IMG/VR virus record: IMGVR_UViG_3300031787_000001
Coordinates: 1 to 64,000 of that record
Direction: 5' to 3' (one strand)
Length of the DNA: 64,000 bases
Part shown: positions 40,101-49,268 of the stretch, one piece after another
Position numbering within the stretch: position 1 is the stretch's first letter
Layout: every line of letters begins with the position of its first letter
Translations under genes and position numbers: made by a program
The notes under the pieces: generated by a model
What the model was told of the DNA's origin: nothing
The model's database searches: none
What the model saw: only the letters and a program-made list of their open reading frames with translations

Positions 40101-40622
40101 AGTTGGTGTTGGAGTACTAGTTGCAGTTGGTGTTGGAGTACTAGTTGCTGTTGGAGTACTAGTTGCGGTTGGGGTTGGTGTAATTGTGGGTGTTGGGGTT
40201 AATGTCGGGCTAGGTGTTGGTGTCGGAATGGCAATACTTAAATAATGAGTTTCTCCCGATATTCCAACATATGTATATATATGATTACTTAGTATTATAT
40301 GAGAATAGATATATTCAGGAACATTAAAATGTGTTACAAATTCATTGTAGTTAAATGTTACAGATAAACCGGAATATATATAATTAGGATTATTTATCGT
40401 ATTATCTATCTCAACAAGTGTTATTGTTAAGGTATTACTACTAAAATTTTCTAAACTATCGTCTATTTTTAATGAATTATAAAAAATTGGACCACTAAAA
40501 TCAAGTACCTCTTTATTGTAATCATTACCTATTTTTGATAATTCATAATCGTAATATTCTGAGCTATCCAATTTAACATCTAATCTAGACCCAAAAAACT
40601 TTAAAATGTTCTGATTATTCAT
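37170..40622 (-). CDS. 1150-aa mucin-like virion protein with four Pro/Thr(Glu/Ser) tracts separating small beta domains
   Basis: Translation shows (TPTPTETS)n tracts; late motif TATTTATT at 40628-40635. Confidence 0.8.
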   Translation of the reverse strand: MNNQNILKFFGSRLDVKLDSSEYYDYELSKIGNDYNKEVLDFSGPIFYNSLKIDDSLENFSSNTLTITLVEIDNTINNPNYIYSGLSVTFNYNEFVTHFNVPEYIYSHIILSNHIYTYVGISGETHYLSIAIPTPTPSPTLTPTPTITPTPTATSTPTATSTPTPTATSTPTPTATSTPTATSTPTATSTPTATSTPTATSTPTATSTPTPTETSTPTPTETSTPTPTETSTPTPTETSTPTPTETSTPTPTETSTPTPTETSTPTPTETSTPTPTPTPTILNCYCYLANNTFPSSSFVTYLDCLTSSPITIEVSGNSQVYFCASSVIDDEGGITTNIGTCIGVVSGENDIIITTEDGSIIYTEINDCTPPTPTLPPTPSIQNIVWEYFINTGVTEGQIITTTQSHDVSVSYSGSGIVSKESAQFTDCLTCTDVTQPSTGITYLVEGPNQLTFTFNPQITDALLGVWSLGSPTQTQTFFTDVDFVNFDPCYPTCFNGLIVDPINKKISSNEGYGVIRFPGTHSQITLTFTGIEFRTNLLWGIFGAEPGPIPTPTPTATSTPTPTATETPTPTPTETSTPTPTATETPTPTPTETSTPTPTPTETSTPTPTPTETPTPTETPTPTPTPTLPLCEIIVEGENGNLITTENGDYIIFEDGNCGTIIIESEHTEGSIISNYNTYIFQQYDFDISLNFDEVLYTTTGSPIINNVTLLLSSGTTSGTTQIVTNGNYNELTLESQFENITVNTTGGTLSGFTISTNYVYVTIPTPTPTATPTPTPSPTPTETITPTPTETPTPTETSTPTPTETPTPTETPTPTETSTPTPTETPTPTETPTPTETSTPTPTPTETSTPTPTPTETSTPTPTETSTPTPTETSTPTPTPTETSTPTPTATETPTPTATETPTPTETPTPTETSTPTPTETPTPTPIETCEKLLTKEDGFYVLTENSDYISLEQDECPDPTPSPTPTETSTPTPTETPTETPTPTETSTPTPTETPTPTETSTPTPTETSTPTPTETPTPTETPTPTETSTPTPTETPTETSTPTPTETPTETSTPTPTETSTPTPTETPTETSTPTPTETSTPTPTETSTPTPTETPTPTPTPTPTSTSVPEDYLSTEGSDNILTENSDFLIIDSTVNTLFIFIPNL
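37285..37742 (-). repeat. PT tract 4 (18/24-nt degenerate coding repeats)
   Basis: Repeats of GGTGTACTAGTTTCTGTT / GGTGTAGGT units; boundaries approximate. Confidence 0.85.
37835..38330 (-). repeat. PT tract 3
   Basis: Same repeat family; boundaries approximate. Confidence 0.85.
38737..38975 (-). repeat. PT tract 2
   Basis: Same repeat family; boundaries approximate. Confidence 0.85.
39782..40230 (-). repeat. PT tract 1
   Basis: TATSTP and TETSTPTP units; boundaries approximate. Confidence 0.85.
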
Positions 40623-40652
40623 ATTTTAATAAATATCTTTCGAAACGTTTGA

Positions 40653-40660
40653 TATTTATA
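40653..40660 (+). promoter_or_regulatory. Putative late promoter TATTTATA, back to back with TATTTATT (40628-40635) on the minus strand
   Basis: Divergent pair inside a 50-bp intergenic region. Confidence 0.6.
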
Positions 40661-40672
40661 TAAAAAACTGTA

Positions 40673-41422
40673 TTGATGAATAATTTTATAAAACAAGTTA
40701 TTGAAGAGAAATTTCTGTCTAAAAAACAACAAAGATTTTTTTATGCAAAAACTTCCGATAAATCTTTACCAAAGAAAGAAAGAAAGAAATGGTCAAAGTG
40801 GGCTAAAGAGTTTTCAGATAAGACAGATTTCAAAAAACTACCTGATGAAGTAAAAGAAAAGGACATCGAAGAAATCGTTGATGGGTTAGGTAATATTGGT
40901 AGAAGTAAAAAATCTAATAATTTTAATACCAAAGGTATCACATCAAATTCAATAACAGATAAAGTGGTTAAAATGGGTGCAGGTACAATGGGTACACATG
41001 GTGTACATGGTACACACACATCTTTAAGATATTGGGCCGAATCTGATATGAGTAAATCACTTGGATTTGATAAAACCATGGGAGTAGACGCATCATATGA
41101 AGACGCTGAAGACCACTTTGAAGATGAATTAGGTTTAGAACCAGAAGAGGCAAAAGATAGATTAGACCAAATGGGTTATGATAAAAAATTAAAAGACGAT
41201 AAAGTAAGATTGGTTGAAAACCCTAAAAAATTTATTGAGGAGTATATTGATAATATTTTAAGTAAAAAAAACCAATCAAATGATATCCTTTCAAATAAAG
41301 AAATTAATCCTATTATTTTAAAACAAATAAAAGCTTTAAAAAATAGTATGAATAGTAATAATTTATCGATGGAAACAATTGTAAAATATCTATCCGATGA
41401 TGTTGTTAACTTTAAAAAATAA
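40673..41422 (+). CDS. Hypothetical protein, probably head-internal
   Basis: IKQVIEEKFLSKKQQRFFYAK N-terminus; preceded by the late motif. Confidence 0.65.
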   Translation: MMNNFIKQVIEEKFLSKKQQRFFYAKTSDKSLPKKERKKWSKWAKEFSDKTDFKKLPDEVKEKDIEEIVDGLGNIGRSKKSNNFNTKGITSNSITDKVVKMGAGTMGTHGVHGTHTSLRYWAESDMSKSLGFDKTMGVDASYEDAEDHFEDELGLEPEEAKDRLDQMGYDKKLKDDKVRLVENPKKFIEEYIDNILSKKNQSNDILSNKEINPIILKQIKALKNSMNSNNLSMETIVKYLSDDVVNFKK

Positions 41423-41916
41423 TGAATAAAGATCTAAAAGGTAGGATATTTGATATACCACAAAATATTTTAGATAAGATTAATCACACAATTGTTGGTC
41501 TTAATGGTAAACATGCACATGGATTAAATAGGGCAAAAAAGTTACTTTCAGATAAAAAAGTAAAATATGGTCAATTAAAAAGAATAATACACGATATTCA
41601 AAATACAGATAAAATAAAAGATAGAACTAAATATGATTTATGTGGTGGTGACTTGATGAAAGAATGGAGTAGAAAATTTTTAGATGGTGAAAGAGATTTA
41701 GTGGGTAAAAGAAAAGATTCTAAAAAAAGAGCGGACGATATAGGTGGTCTAACTGGAAGTAGAAAAAATAGTCATTTAAAGAAACATACTAAAAGATTTG
41801 GGTTCAAAATCCCTGTAAATTTAATAAAAAGTAATTCAAATAAAAGTTCAATTTCACCAATAACATCTTTAAAGTTATTTGAAGAAATTGAAAAAATAAA
41901 AAAATTAATGTTATAA
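41422..41916 (+). CDS. Hypothetical basic protein, probably head-internal
   Basis: Coupled start and stop; ends LFEEIEKIKKLML. Confidence 0.65.
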   Translation: MNKDLKGRIFDIPQNILDKINHTIVGLNGKHAHGLNRAKKLLSDKKVKYGQLKRIIHDIQNTDKIKDRTKYDLCGGDLMKEWSRKFLDGERDLVGKRKDSKKRADDIGGLTGSRKNSHLKKHTKRFGFKIPVNLIKSNSNKSSISPITSLKLFEEIEKIKKLML

Positions 41917-41917
41917 T

Positions 41918-42577
41918 ATGCCAACACAATTAGAAATTATCGCAAACCAACAAAGAGTTGAACATTTGGCAAGAAATGAATACAACTATTCAGACTTATA
42001 TTCTTCAGTAAACACGAGAGCTTTATCTGATGGTGATGAAGCGGGTAAAGGTGAAAATAATGGTTCTATTGGTTCTTTGACAGACATCAACACAAGAAAC
42101 GATTTAAAAGGTAGAAACATATATAATGAAAACAATGGTTATTCATCGGTAAACACAAGAGCATTATCCGATGGTGATGAACCAGGTAAAGGAGAGAATA
42201 ATGGTAATGTTGGTGGACAAACAGATATATTAACAAGGGTCGATAACACCGGTAGAAATTTATATTCACCTAATAATCAATATTCTTCAGTAAACACGAG
42301 GGCTTTATCTGATGGTGACGAAGCGGGTAAAGGTGAAAACAACGGTTCTATCGGGGGTCAAACAGATATTTTCACAAGAGTTGATAATACTGGCAGAAAC
42401 TTATATTCCCCTAATAATCAATATTCTTCAGTAAACACAAGAGCATTATCTGATGGTGACGAAGCGGGTAAGGGGGAGAATAATGGATCTGTAGGTTCAT
42501 TAACAGATATAAACATAAGAGTAGATAATACAGGTAGGAACATTTACGGACTAACAAGACAATATCCTGATTTCTAA
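41918..42577 (+). CDS. Protein built from four 47-aa repeats
   Basis: YSSVNTRALSDGDExGKGENNGxxGxxTDIxTRxDxxGRNxY four times. Confidence 0.8.
   Translation: MPTQLEIIANQQRVEHLARNEYNYSDLYSSVNTRALSDGDEAGKGENNGSIGSLTDINTRNDLKGRNIYNENNGYSSVNTRALSDGDEPGKGENNGNVGGQTDILTRVDNTGRNLYSPNNQYSSVNTRALSDGDEAGKGENNGSIGGQTDIFTRVDNTGRNLYSPNNQYSSVNTRALSDGDEAGKGENNGSVGSLTDINIRVDNTGRNIYGLTRQYPDF
41999..42548 (+). repeat. Four tandem 141-bp coding repeats
   Basis: Units start at 41999, 42140, 42281 and 42422 (TATTC[T/A]TC[A/G]GTAAACAC...). Confidence 0.9.
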
Positions 42578-43464
42578 TGAAAATAAAAAAAATATTATTT
42601 AATCTTTTAAATGAACAGGTCGTTCTTCAAAGTACAAGAACGAAACCAATTGTTAATGCAATTAAAAATAGGAATCCGATTACATTTTATTATTCTGGAC
42701 CAAGAAAACCTAAAAAAGATAGTGTAAAACCAGGTAACAGAATAAAAGGTGAGGCAGTCGCAATAGGGTTAAATAAAAAAGGTAATTTAGTTATTAGAAT
42801 GTGGGTCCAACCCCCATCAGTATCAAAAAGAGGATTTGAGGAACATGGTTGGAGAACATTTATGGTTTCAAGAATGAGTAATATACAAATATTAACAAAC
42901 GAAAAGTTTGACACAAAAAGACCACAATATAAAGAAGGTGATGACGGTAGTATGAGTGTCACATATGTTACATCCGATTGGACATCAACACCACCAGTAT
43001 CTAAAAAACCAGAAATAAAACAACCCCAACAACCAACTAATTTACCACAACCTAAACCAGAAGAAAAACCAACTAAAAAACCTGAACAATTACCACAACC
43101 TAAACCAGAAGAAAAACCAACTAAAGAACCTGAAATAGTTAGTACAACAAAATATGACGTTGATGTTTATACTACACTAAAACCGAAAATAAAAGATATT
43201 AATGGTAAAAAAGTGGTTTCAACACAAGATTATCAAAATTCATTAAATGATCTTTATAAGAAAAAAGAAACAGAATGGATTGATAATCAGAAAAAAATTG
43301 GCGGGAACATAAGGCCAGGTGAGGGAACAAGAAATAAATTTAAAAAAGATTCTAAATTCGAATTAGATAAGTTATTGTCTAATGACAAGATAGAAGTTTC
43401 GGACGAACAAGAAACACAACTTAATGAAACTATAAAAAGATTTAAATCTTTAATTTTTTATTAA
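42577..43464 (+). CDS. Stand-alone WYL-domain protein with a Pro/Lys-rich linker
   Basis: IVNAIKNRNPITFYY...GNRIKGEAVAIG...LVIRMW...GWRTFMVSRMSNIQIL matches the WYL pattern; no HTH is present. Confidence 0.7.
   Translation: MKIKKILFNLLNEQVVLQSTRTKPIVNAIKNRNPITFYYSGPRKPKKDSVKPGNRIKGEAVAIGLNKKGNLVIRMWVQPPSVSKRGFEEHGWRTFMVSRMSNIQILTNEKFDTKRPQYKEGDDGSMSVTYVTSDWTSTPPVSKKPEIKQPQQPTNLPQPKPEEKPTKKPEQLPQPKPEEKPTKEPEIVSTTKYDVDVYTTLKPKIKDINGKKVVSTQDYQNSLNDLYKKKETEWIDNQKKIGGNIRPGEGTRNKFKKDSKFELDKLLSNDKIEVSDEQETQLNETIKRFKSLIFY
43042..43134 (+). repeat. 48-bp-period duplication (LPQPKPEEKPTK twice)
   Basis: 36 identical nt at 43042 and 43090. Confidence 0.85.
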
Positions 43465-43496
43465 AAAATAATATATTATATAAAATATTTAATATT

Positions 43497-44096
43497 ATGT
43501 CAGGGAGAGGAACAGTATCGGAAAACGATTTAATGTATAAATTGGTTAACGCCAAAAAAGTAATGAATAAAGTAGAGACAGGATCTTATCAAAGAGGTAA
43601 TGTAAATGAAGAAATTTTAAGATCTTCACCAGAAGAAATAATTTCAAATAAACAAATGACGAATCAACCAATATCTAATCAATCTCATTTGAAACCTGTT
43701 AACTCAAATTTGAATGTTGATAAAATCAACCAATCCAAATTACCTGATGCAATTAAAAAAGCAATGATTGAAAATCCAATACCTCAAATATCTTTAAACG
43801 ACACGATAGATATGAATTTTGTTCAAGGAGCAAAAAGATTAATGGAACGTGAAGGTATGATATCAAAAAAACCAAAATCACAACCACAACAAGTGATTAA
43901 TGAATCATATGTGTCTTCAGATTTAATATCACAATTAACACCAATAATTGAAAATACAATTAGAAAAGTTTTAGACGAAAAATTAAATCAATTACTTACA
44001 GCACAACAAACAGCAAGTATTAATGAAAACTTGGTATTAAAAGTAGGTGACTCCATTTTTAAAGGAAAAATAACTGGAGTAAATAAGTCAAAATAA
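43497..44096 (+). CDS. Hypothetical protein
   Basis: 199-aa co-oriented ORF; SKLPDAIKKAMIENPI core. Confidence 0.7.
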   Translation: MSGRGTVSENDLMYKLVNAKKVMNKVETGSYQRGNVNEEILRSSPEEIISNKQMTNQPISNQSHLKPVNSNLNVDKINQSKLPDAIKKAMIENPIPQISLNDTIDMNFVQGAKRLMEREGMISKKPKSQPQQVINESYVSSDLISQLTPIIENTIRKVLDEKLNQLLTAQQTASINENLVLKVGDSIFKGKITGVNKSK

Positions 44097-44129
44097 TTTG
44101 TTTTTTCATTTTTTTTTCGTATAATTTAG
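44097..44129 (+). promoter_or_regulatory. Bacteroidota-type promoter TTTG-N21-TAATTTAG
   Basis: One mismatch to TAnnTTTG; lies upstream of the glycosyltransferase-dUTPase operon. Confidence 0.45.
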
Positions 44130-44144
44130 ACATATAATATTAAT

Positions 44145-45365
44145 ATGTCAAAAATTAAAATTTTAGCAATTCCATCCGATTCATTTGGTGTAGGTAAATT
44201 CAGGATGTTAGATCCATATAAATTTATTGGTGATAATTATACAGATGAGATACATGTAGACATCGTATATAATGTTCAAAACATTGACGACGCTTTCAAA
44301 GATTACAATATTGTTATTTTCCACTCTTTTATTCACCAATTACCACATGAAGTCAATATTGCAAGAATTAATTGGTTAAAACAAAGAGGTGTAAAAGTTA
44401 TAATGGATATTGATGATTTATGGTATGTTGATCATAGACATCCTTTATATTATCACATAATGAAAGAAAAGATCGGTGATAAAAAAATTCAGATGTTAAA
44501 ATTGGTTGACTATGTGACAACAACAACACCAATTTTTGCTAAAACAATAAAAGAAAAATTAGGTATTAAAAATGTAGAAATTTTTCCAAACGCAGTTAAC
44601 CCAGAAGAAAAACAATTTCAACCAAATCCAATATCATCAGATAAAATAAAGTTTGGTTGGCTCGGAGGATCAACACACTTACACGATTTAGATTTATTAA
44701 GAAATGGTATATCAAGTTTACATTATTCACATAGAGGAAAAGTACAATTTGTTTTGTGTGGATTTGACTTGAGGGGTACAATGACCGAAGTAAATAAAAT
44801 GACAGGGGAAGTTGTTAGGAGAGACATCAAACCAATGGAAACGGTTTGGTATGAATATGAAAAAATATTCACAGACAATTATACAATATTAGATGAACAA
44901 TATAAAAACTTTTTATTAACATTTGTTAAAACAGATCAGTATTTTTCTGAGATGCCTTATATTAGAAGGTGGACAGAAGATGTTAGTGAGTATGGTAAAA
45001 ATTATAACTATTTTGACGTTTCTTTAGTACCTTTAGTTGAAAATGTTTTTAACACAAACAAATCACAACTTAAAGTTATTGAGGCGGGATTTCACAAAAA
45101 AGCAATCATTGCAAATGAAAGTTTACCATATACATTAGATTTAAAATCGGCCTTTAATGATGGTAAGTTTAATGAAACGGGAAATGCTCTTTTTGTGTCT
45201 CAAAACAAAAATCACAAACAATGGGCACAACAAATGAAAAGATTGGCCGATAATCCAAATATGATTACAGATTTAGGTGAAAAATTATATGAAACAGTTA
45301 AAGACAAATATTCATTACAGAAAGTTTCTAAAGATAGAGTTGAGTTCTTAAAATCAATAATATAA
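44145..45365 (+). CDS. GT-B fold glycosyltransferase
   Basis: IMDIDDLW, IFPNAVN, KFGWLGGSTHLHDL, SLVPLVENVFNTNKSQLKVIEAG. Confidence 0.85.
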   Translation: MSKIKILAIPSDSFGVGKFRMLDPYKFIGDNYTDEIHVDIVYNVQNIDDAFKDYNIVIFHSFIHQLPHEVNIARINWLKQRGVKVIMDIDDLWYVDHRHPLYYHIMKEKIGDKKIQMLKLVDYVTTTTPIFAKTIKEKLGIKNVEIFPNAVNPEEKQFQPNPISSDKIKFGWLGGSTHLHDLDLLRNGISSLHYSHRGKVQFVLCGFDLRGTMTEVNKMTGEVVRRDIKPMETVWYEYEKIFTDNYTILDEQYKNFLLTFVKTDQYFSEMPYIRRWTEDVSEYGKNYNYFDVSLVPLVENVFNTNKSQLKVIEAGFHKKAIIANESLPYTLDLKSAFNDGKFNETGNALFVSQNKNHKQWAQQMKRLADNPNMITDLGEKLYETVKDKYSLQKVSKDRVEFLKSII

Positions 45366-45384
45366 AAATTAAAATTAAAAAAAC

Positions 45385-45615
45385 ATGCATTATTTAGTAA
45401 CTATCGGTTATGAAACCGAACAAATGGACAGAAACGGAAATCCAAGACTTCAAAAATTGAAATACATTGTTGAAGCAGAATCAGTTGAAGAGGCTACTCT
45501 CGTTGCTTCAAAGTATAGATCGGGAGATGTTAGATCTAGTGAAAGTATTTCAATTGTAAAAATGCCAATTGAATGTATTATCGACAAGAAAAACACACCT
45601 GAATACTATAAATAA
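45385..45615 (+). CDS. Hypothetical protein (76 aa)
   Basis: In-operon ORF; KYIVEAESVEEA. Confidence 0.7.
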   Translation: MHYLVTIGYETEQMDRNGNPRLQKLKYIVEAESVEEATLVASKYRSGDVRSSESISIVKMPIECIIDKKNTPEYYK

Positions 45616-45621
45616 AATATA

Positions 45622-45864
45622 ATGGAATTTTATAGTAAAGATATCCAAATTTTGAGACAGTCTCAAAGTAAACTTGCTTTGGAGTATTTTAATTCTATGG
45701 GTATAATATTATCTGTTGAAGAGTTACAAAGAGTTACAGATGTATTTGTTGAATGTTGTTTAAGACCGTCAGATAATGATTTAAAAAATAGAATCAAATT
45801 ACTTGATAAATGGATATTAGATAAACAACAACAAATGAAATTATTATTAGAAGAAAAAAAATAA
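45622..45864 (+). CDS. Hypothetical protein (80 aa)
   Basis: In-operon ORF. Confidence 0.7.
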   Translation: MEFYSKDIQILRQSQSKLALEYFNSMGIILSVEELQRVTDVFVECCLRPSDNDLKNRIKLLDKWILDKQQQMKLLLEEKK

Positions 45865-45869
45865 ATTAT

Positions 45870-46472
45870 ATGGAAAAACAACAAATTGAAGACTATATTA
45901 AAAGATTACAACAATTAGAGTCTGACATGAGTGGTGGTGAAGAAGATATAGATCACGATTTTATACAGGATTTAGATAAATTATTAAAAAATCTAAGTAC
46001 AGATATCGGATCTTCTTTTGGTCCACAATCATTAAAAATTCCTGTTAGGTTTAAAAAATTACACAATTTGGCAGTCACCCCTAGATATTCTAAAGATGGT
46101 GATGCTGGCATGGACCTAACAATTACCGATATTATATCAGAAACAAAAAGTGATGTAACATACGGATTCGGAATTGCAATAGAAATCCCAAAAGGATATG
46201 TCGGATTATTATTTCCGAGATCGTCAATTCGTAAATACGATTTAGCATTAACTAATTGTGTTGGTGTTATTGATAGTGGGTATAGGGGTGAAATACAAGC
46301 AACTTTTAAAAAAACAAGTTGGTTAAAAGGTGAATCATCAGAAAAATACAATGTGGGTGAAAGAGGTGCTCAAATTATTATATTACCGTATCCACAAATA
46401 GAGTTTATTGAAACCGATAATTTATCGGAAACTGAAAGAGGTGGAGGTGGATTTGGTAGTTCAGGATTGTAG
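45870..46472 (+). CDS. dut: Trimeric dUTPase with an acidic N-terminal extension
   Basis: All five motifs present: AGMDL, PRSS, GVIDSGYRGEI, AQIII, RGGGGFGSSG. Confidence 0.95.
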   Translation: MEKQQIEDYIKRLQQLESDMSGGEEDIDHDFIQDLDKLLKNLSTDIGSSFGPQSLKIPVRFKKLHNLAVTPRYSKDGDAGMDLTITDIISETKSDVTYGFGIAIEIPKGYVGLLFPRSSIRKYDLALTNCVGVIDSGYRGEIQATFKKTSWLKGESSEKYNVGERGAQIIILPYPQIEFIETDNLSETERGGGGFGSSGL

Positions 46473-46511
46473 TATATTTATAATTAAAATAAATAATTTA
46501 AAACTAAAAAA

Positions 46512-47234
46512 TTGACAGTTAAAAAAAACACGAGAGCAAAATCAGAACCTCTTATTGAAAAAAAATTAACAGCAAAAGAAAAAATAAGATCTTTGGTTAA
46601 AAAACCAAAAGAAAAGTTTTTAACCAAATCTCAGGAAGAATATTGGAATATTTTAGGTAATAACCAAATAACCTTTTGTTTTGGTCCTGCGGGTGTTGGT
46701 AAATCATATATCGCAATGAAAAGAGCAGTTGATTTACTTTGGGAAGAAGACAACAAATATGAAAAAATAATAATTGTTAGACCCGCAGTTGAAGCTGAAG
46801 AAAAATTAGGTTCATTACCTGGTGGTATGGAGGAAAAATTAGATCCATATATCTATCCTTCATATTATCTTTTAAATAAAATAATCGGTAAAGAAGCAAG
46901 GGAAAAATTAAAAGACGAAGGTATAATTGAAGTTGCTGCTCTTGCTTATATGAGAGGATGGAATGTTGATAACACGATCTTAGTTTTTGAGGAGGCACAA
47001 AACGCAACACCGTCTCAAATAAAGTTGTTAATCACTCGTATCGGTTATAATTCCAAATTTTTTATATCTGGAGATCTTGAACAATCCGACAAATATAAAG
47101 ATAAAACAAAATCAGGATTGTACGATGCTAAAAGAAGATTGGAAGGTGTAAAAGATATTGGACTATATGAATTCGGTAAAGAAGACATTGTTAGAAATCC
47201 ATTAATTGGTGAAATATTAAAAAGATACGACTAA
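46512..47234 (+). CDS. phoH: PhoH-family ATPase
   Basis: GPAGVGKS, RPAVEAEEKLGSLPG, AYMRG, EEAQN, SGDLEQSD, DIVRNPLI; TTG start. Confidence 0.95.
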   Translation: MTVKKNTRAKSEPLIEKKLTAKEKIRSLVKKPKEKFLTKSQEEYWNILGNNQITFCFGPAGVGKSYIAMKRAVDLLWEEDNKYEKIIIVRPAVEAEEKLGSLPGGMEEKLDPYIYPSYYLLNKIIGKEAREKLKDEGIIEVAALAYMRGWNVDNTILVFEEAQNATPSQIKLLITRIGYNSKFFISGDLEQSDKYKDKTKSGLYDAKRRLEGVKDIGLYEFGKEDIVRNPLIGEILKRYD

Positions 47235-47294
47235 CAATAAAGTCGTTTTTGCACAATAAACCCATACTCTTTATTATAAAAGTATGGGTTTATT
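47227..47294. terminator. Two tandem hairpins after phoH
   Basis: ACGACT-N8-AGTCGT-TTTT (47227-47250) and AATAAACCCATACT...AGTATGGGTTTATT (47255-47294). Confidence 0.65.
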
Positions 47295-47295
47295 A

Positions 47296-47326
47296 TTTAC
47301 TTAAAAAAATTTTATTATTATATTTT
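47296..47326 (+). promoter_or_regulatory. Early promoter candidate TTTA-N19-TATATTTT
   Basis: Same geometry as the other candidates; 4 nt before the ATG at 47331. Confidence 0.4.
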
Positions 47327-47330
47327 AAGT

Positions 47331-47978
47331 ATGGAAATATTTGTAAGTGTTGATGGTGTATTAAGAAACACAATTCAAAAATTGGATTACCATTATAAAG
47401 ATTTTTATTTTGATTCTGATGTAGAAAATACCGAAAACACAACAGAATTCAAATACGATGTTATTGAACCAGTTTATAATGATAATTTATTAAATCATTA
47501 TAAATTTCAATCTAAAGAAGAATTTGAACATTTTCTTTTTATTGAATTTCCAATAGAAATTTTCGGTCACGCATCCACAAGTTATCAAGGTGTTTTTACG
47601 GATTTAAATAAAATTATTTATGAAAATAAAGAACATAATATAACAATTGTCGGACTTGATGAATTAGGTAAATCTAAACCCGGAACTTTATTCTTTTTAT
47701 CTAAAAATGGATTTATGGGTAATAACATAAAATTCATAAGGAGTGAAGACATTAAAGATATGTGGGAAAAATGTGATTATTGGATCACAGACAATGAAAA
47801 AATTATTATAGAATGTCCAAAAGAAAAAACCGTAATTAAATTTAACACATCTTACAATCAATACTTTACAAATAAAAAAGAAATAACTAAATTAATACAA
47901 ATCGAAGAATTATGCTCGAAATTTTTGGAAAAGAATACTACATCGACATTGATAGAATCACAGAAGAATGTAGAATAG
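47331..47978 (+). CDS. HAD-superfamily 5'(3')-deoxyribonucleotidase-like protein with a degenerate motif I
   Basis: VSVDGVLRN (DxDGVL-like) and CDYWITDN (motif IV-like). Confidence 0.55.
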   Translation: MEIFVSVDGVLRNTIQKLDYHYKDFYFDSDVENTENTTEFKYDVIEPVYNDNLLNHYKFQSKEEFEHFLFIEFPIEIFGHASTSYQGVFTDLNKIIYENKEHNITIVGLDELGKSKPGTLFFLSKNGFMGNNIKFIRSEDIKDMWEKCDYWITDNEKIIIECPKEKTVIKFNTSYNQYFTNKKEITKLIQIEELCSKFLEKNTTSTLIESQKNVE

Positions 47979-48211
47979 AAGTTAAAGAAAATTCAAATCA
48001 GAATGATGAAAATTCTGAAGAAGATACACAAACAATAAATATTTTTAAATATGAACTTTTAAAAATATTCATTGAGAGAATATTAGGCGAGAATTTTGAA
48101 GATGATGAAACAATTGGATCATTTGGGTCGGAAACCACAACATTATCATTTAAAATAGCTTTTAACACTTTAATAAAAAATCAAATTTTAATCGAAAACG
48201 AAGATGAGTAA
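47912..48211 (+). CDS. Hypothetical acidic protein
   Basis: Coupled to both neighbours; GKEYYIDIDRI...FKIAFNTLIKNQIL. Confidence 0.7.
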   Translation: MLEIFGKEYYIDIDRITEECRIEVKENSNQNDENSEEDTQTINIFKYELLKIFIERILGENFEDDETIGSFGSETTTLSFKIAFNTLIKNQILIENEDE

Positions 48212-49268
48212 CAAAGAGAACATTGAAAATTTAGAAATCGCCTTGTCAAGGCTAGAGTCAAATAAACAAATTTTTTATTTTTTGACGTATGACACAAAAA
48301 ATAACCCAAGAGCGTCGGTAAAGTATATCTACGACTTGGCACTAACACTAAATAAACAGGGATATATTTCCAAGATTTTAGTGGAAGATAAGACATATAC
48401 TGGCGTTGAACATTGGTTAGGTGACAAATACAAAGATTTACCCGTCGTGTCGATAAAAGAAGATAAAATAGAAATTAATATTGACGATGTAATTGTTGTA
48501 CCCGAATATTATTCAAATGTTTTAGAACAATTGTCTAATATAAAATGTGTAAAAGTAATGTTAGTACAACAAAAAGATTACATGTTTGAAACATTGTCTA
48601 TTGGTAGTAGATGGAGTAATTTTGGTTTCGATAAGGTAATCACAACAACTAATAATACTAAAAAATATATTTCAGAATATTTTCCTGAAGTTTTAGTACA
48701 CGTTATTCCACCAATTATCGGTGAAAATTTTAAACCATATGAGAAACCAATTAAACCATATATTGCAATAAGTTGTAGAAATAGATCTAAAAGTAGAAAA
48801 CTAATATCTGAATTTTATTTAAAATTCCCACAATTAAGGTGGATTACTTTTAGAGACATGGTTCAAATGACTTATGATGAATTTGCATCTTCATTAAAAG
48901 AATGTTTTGTTTCAGTATGGGTTGATGAAGAAAGTACTTTTGGTACGTTTCCATTAGAGTCTATGAAATGTGGTGTACCTGTTGTCGGTAAAATACCAAA
49001 TAATGAACCAGATTGGTTAAGTGAAAATGGTATGTGGACATATGATGAAAGTAAGTTAGTTGAAATATTGGGTACATATGTTTTGGCTTGGTTGGAAGGT
49101 GTTGAATTAACAGATGATGTTAAAACAAAAATGAAAGATACACTGTTACCTTATGACTCCACTATTACAGAAAATAACATAATAAGTATTTTTAATTCTT
49201 TTAAAGATAGAAGAGAAGAACAAATTAAAAATGCATTACAAAAATTAAAAACAGAAGAAACAGTATGA
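48204..49268 (+). CDS. GT-B fold (GT4-like) glycosyltransferase
   Basis: DVIVVPEYY; VWVDEESTFGTFPLESMKCGVPVVG matches E-x-F-G-x-x-x-x-E-A-M-x-x-G. Confidence 0.85.
   Translation: MSNKENIENLEIALSRLESNKQIFYFLTYDTKNNPRASVKYIYDLALTLNKQGYISKILVEDKTYTGVEHWLGDKYKDLPVVSIKEDKIEINIDDVIVVPEYYSNVLEQLSNIKCVKVMLVQQKDYMFETLSIGSRWSNFGFDKVITTTNNTKKYISEYFPEVLVHVIPPIIGENFKPYEKPIKPYIAISCRNRSKSRKLISEFYLKFPQLRWITFRDMVQMTYDEFASSLKECFVSVWVDEESTFGTFPLESMKCGVPVVGKIPNNEPDWLSENGMWTYDESKLVEILGTYVLAWLEGVELTDDVKTKMKDTLLPYDSTITENNIISIFNSFKDRREEQIKNALQKLKTEETV

Noticed and set aside
41999-42548. Regularly spaced repeats resembling a CRISPR array
   Set aside because: The 141-bp period is a multiple of 3, the intervening parts are homologous to each other, variation is synonymous within one ORF, and no cas genes are present.
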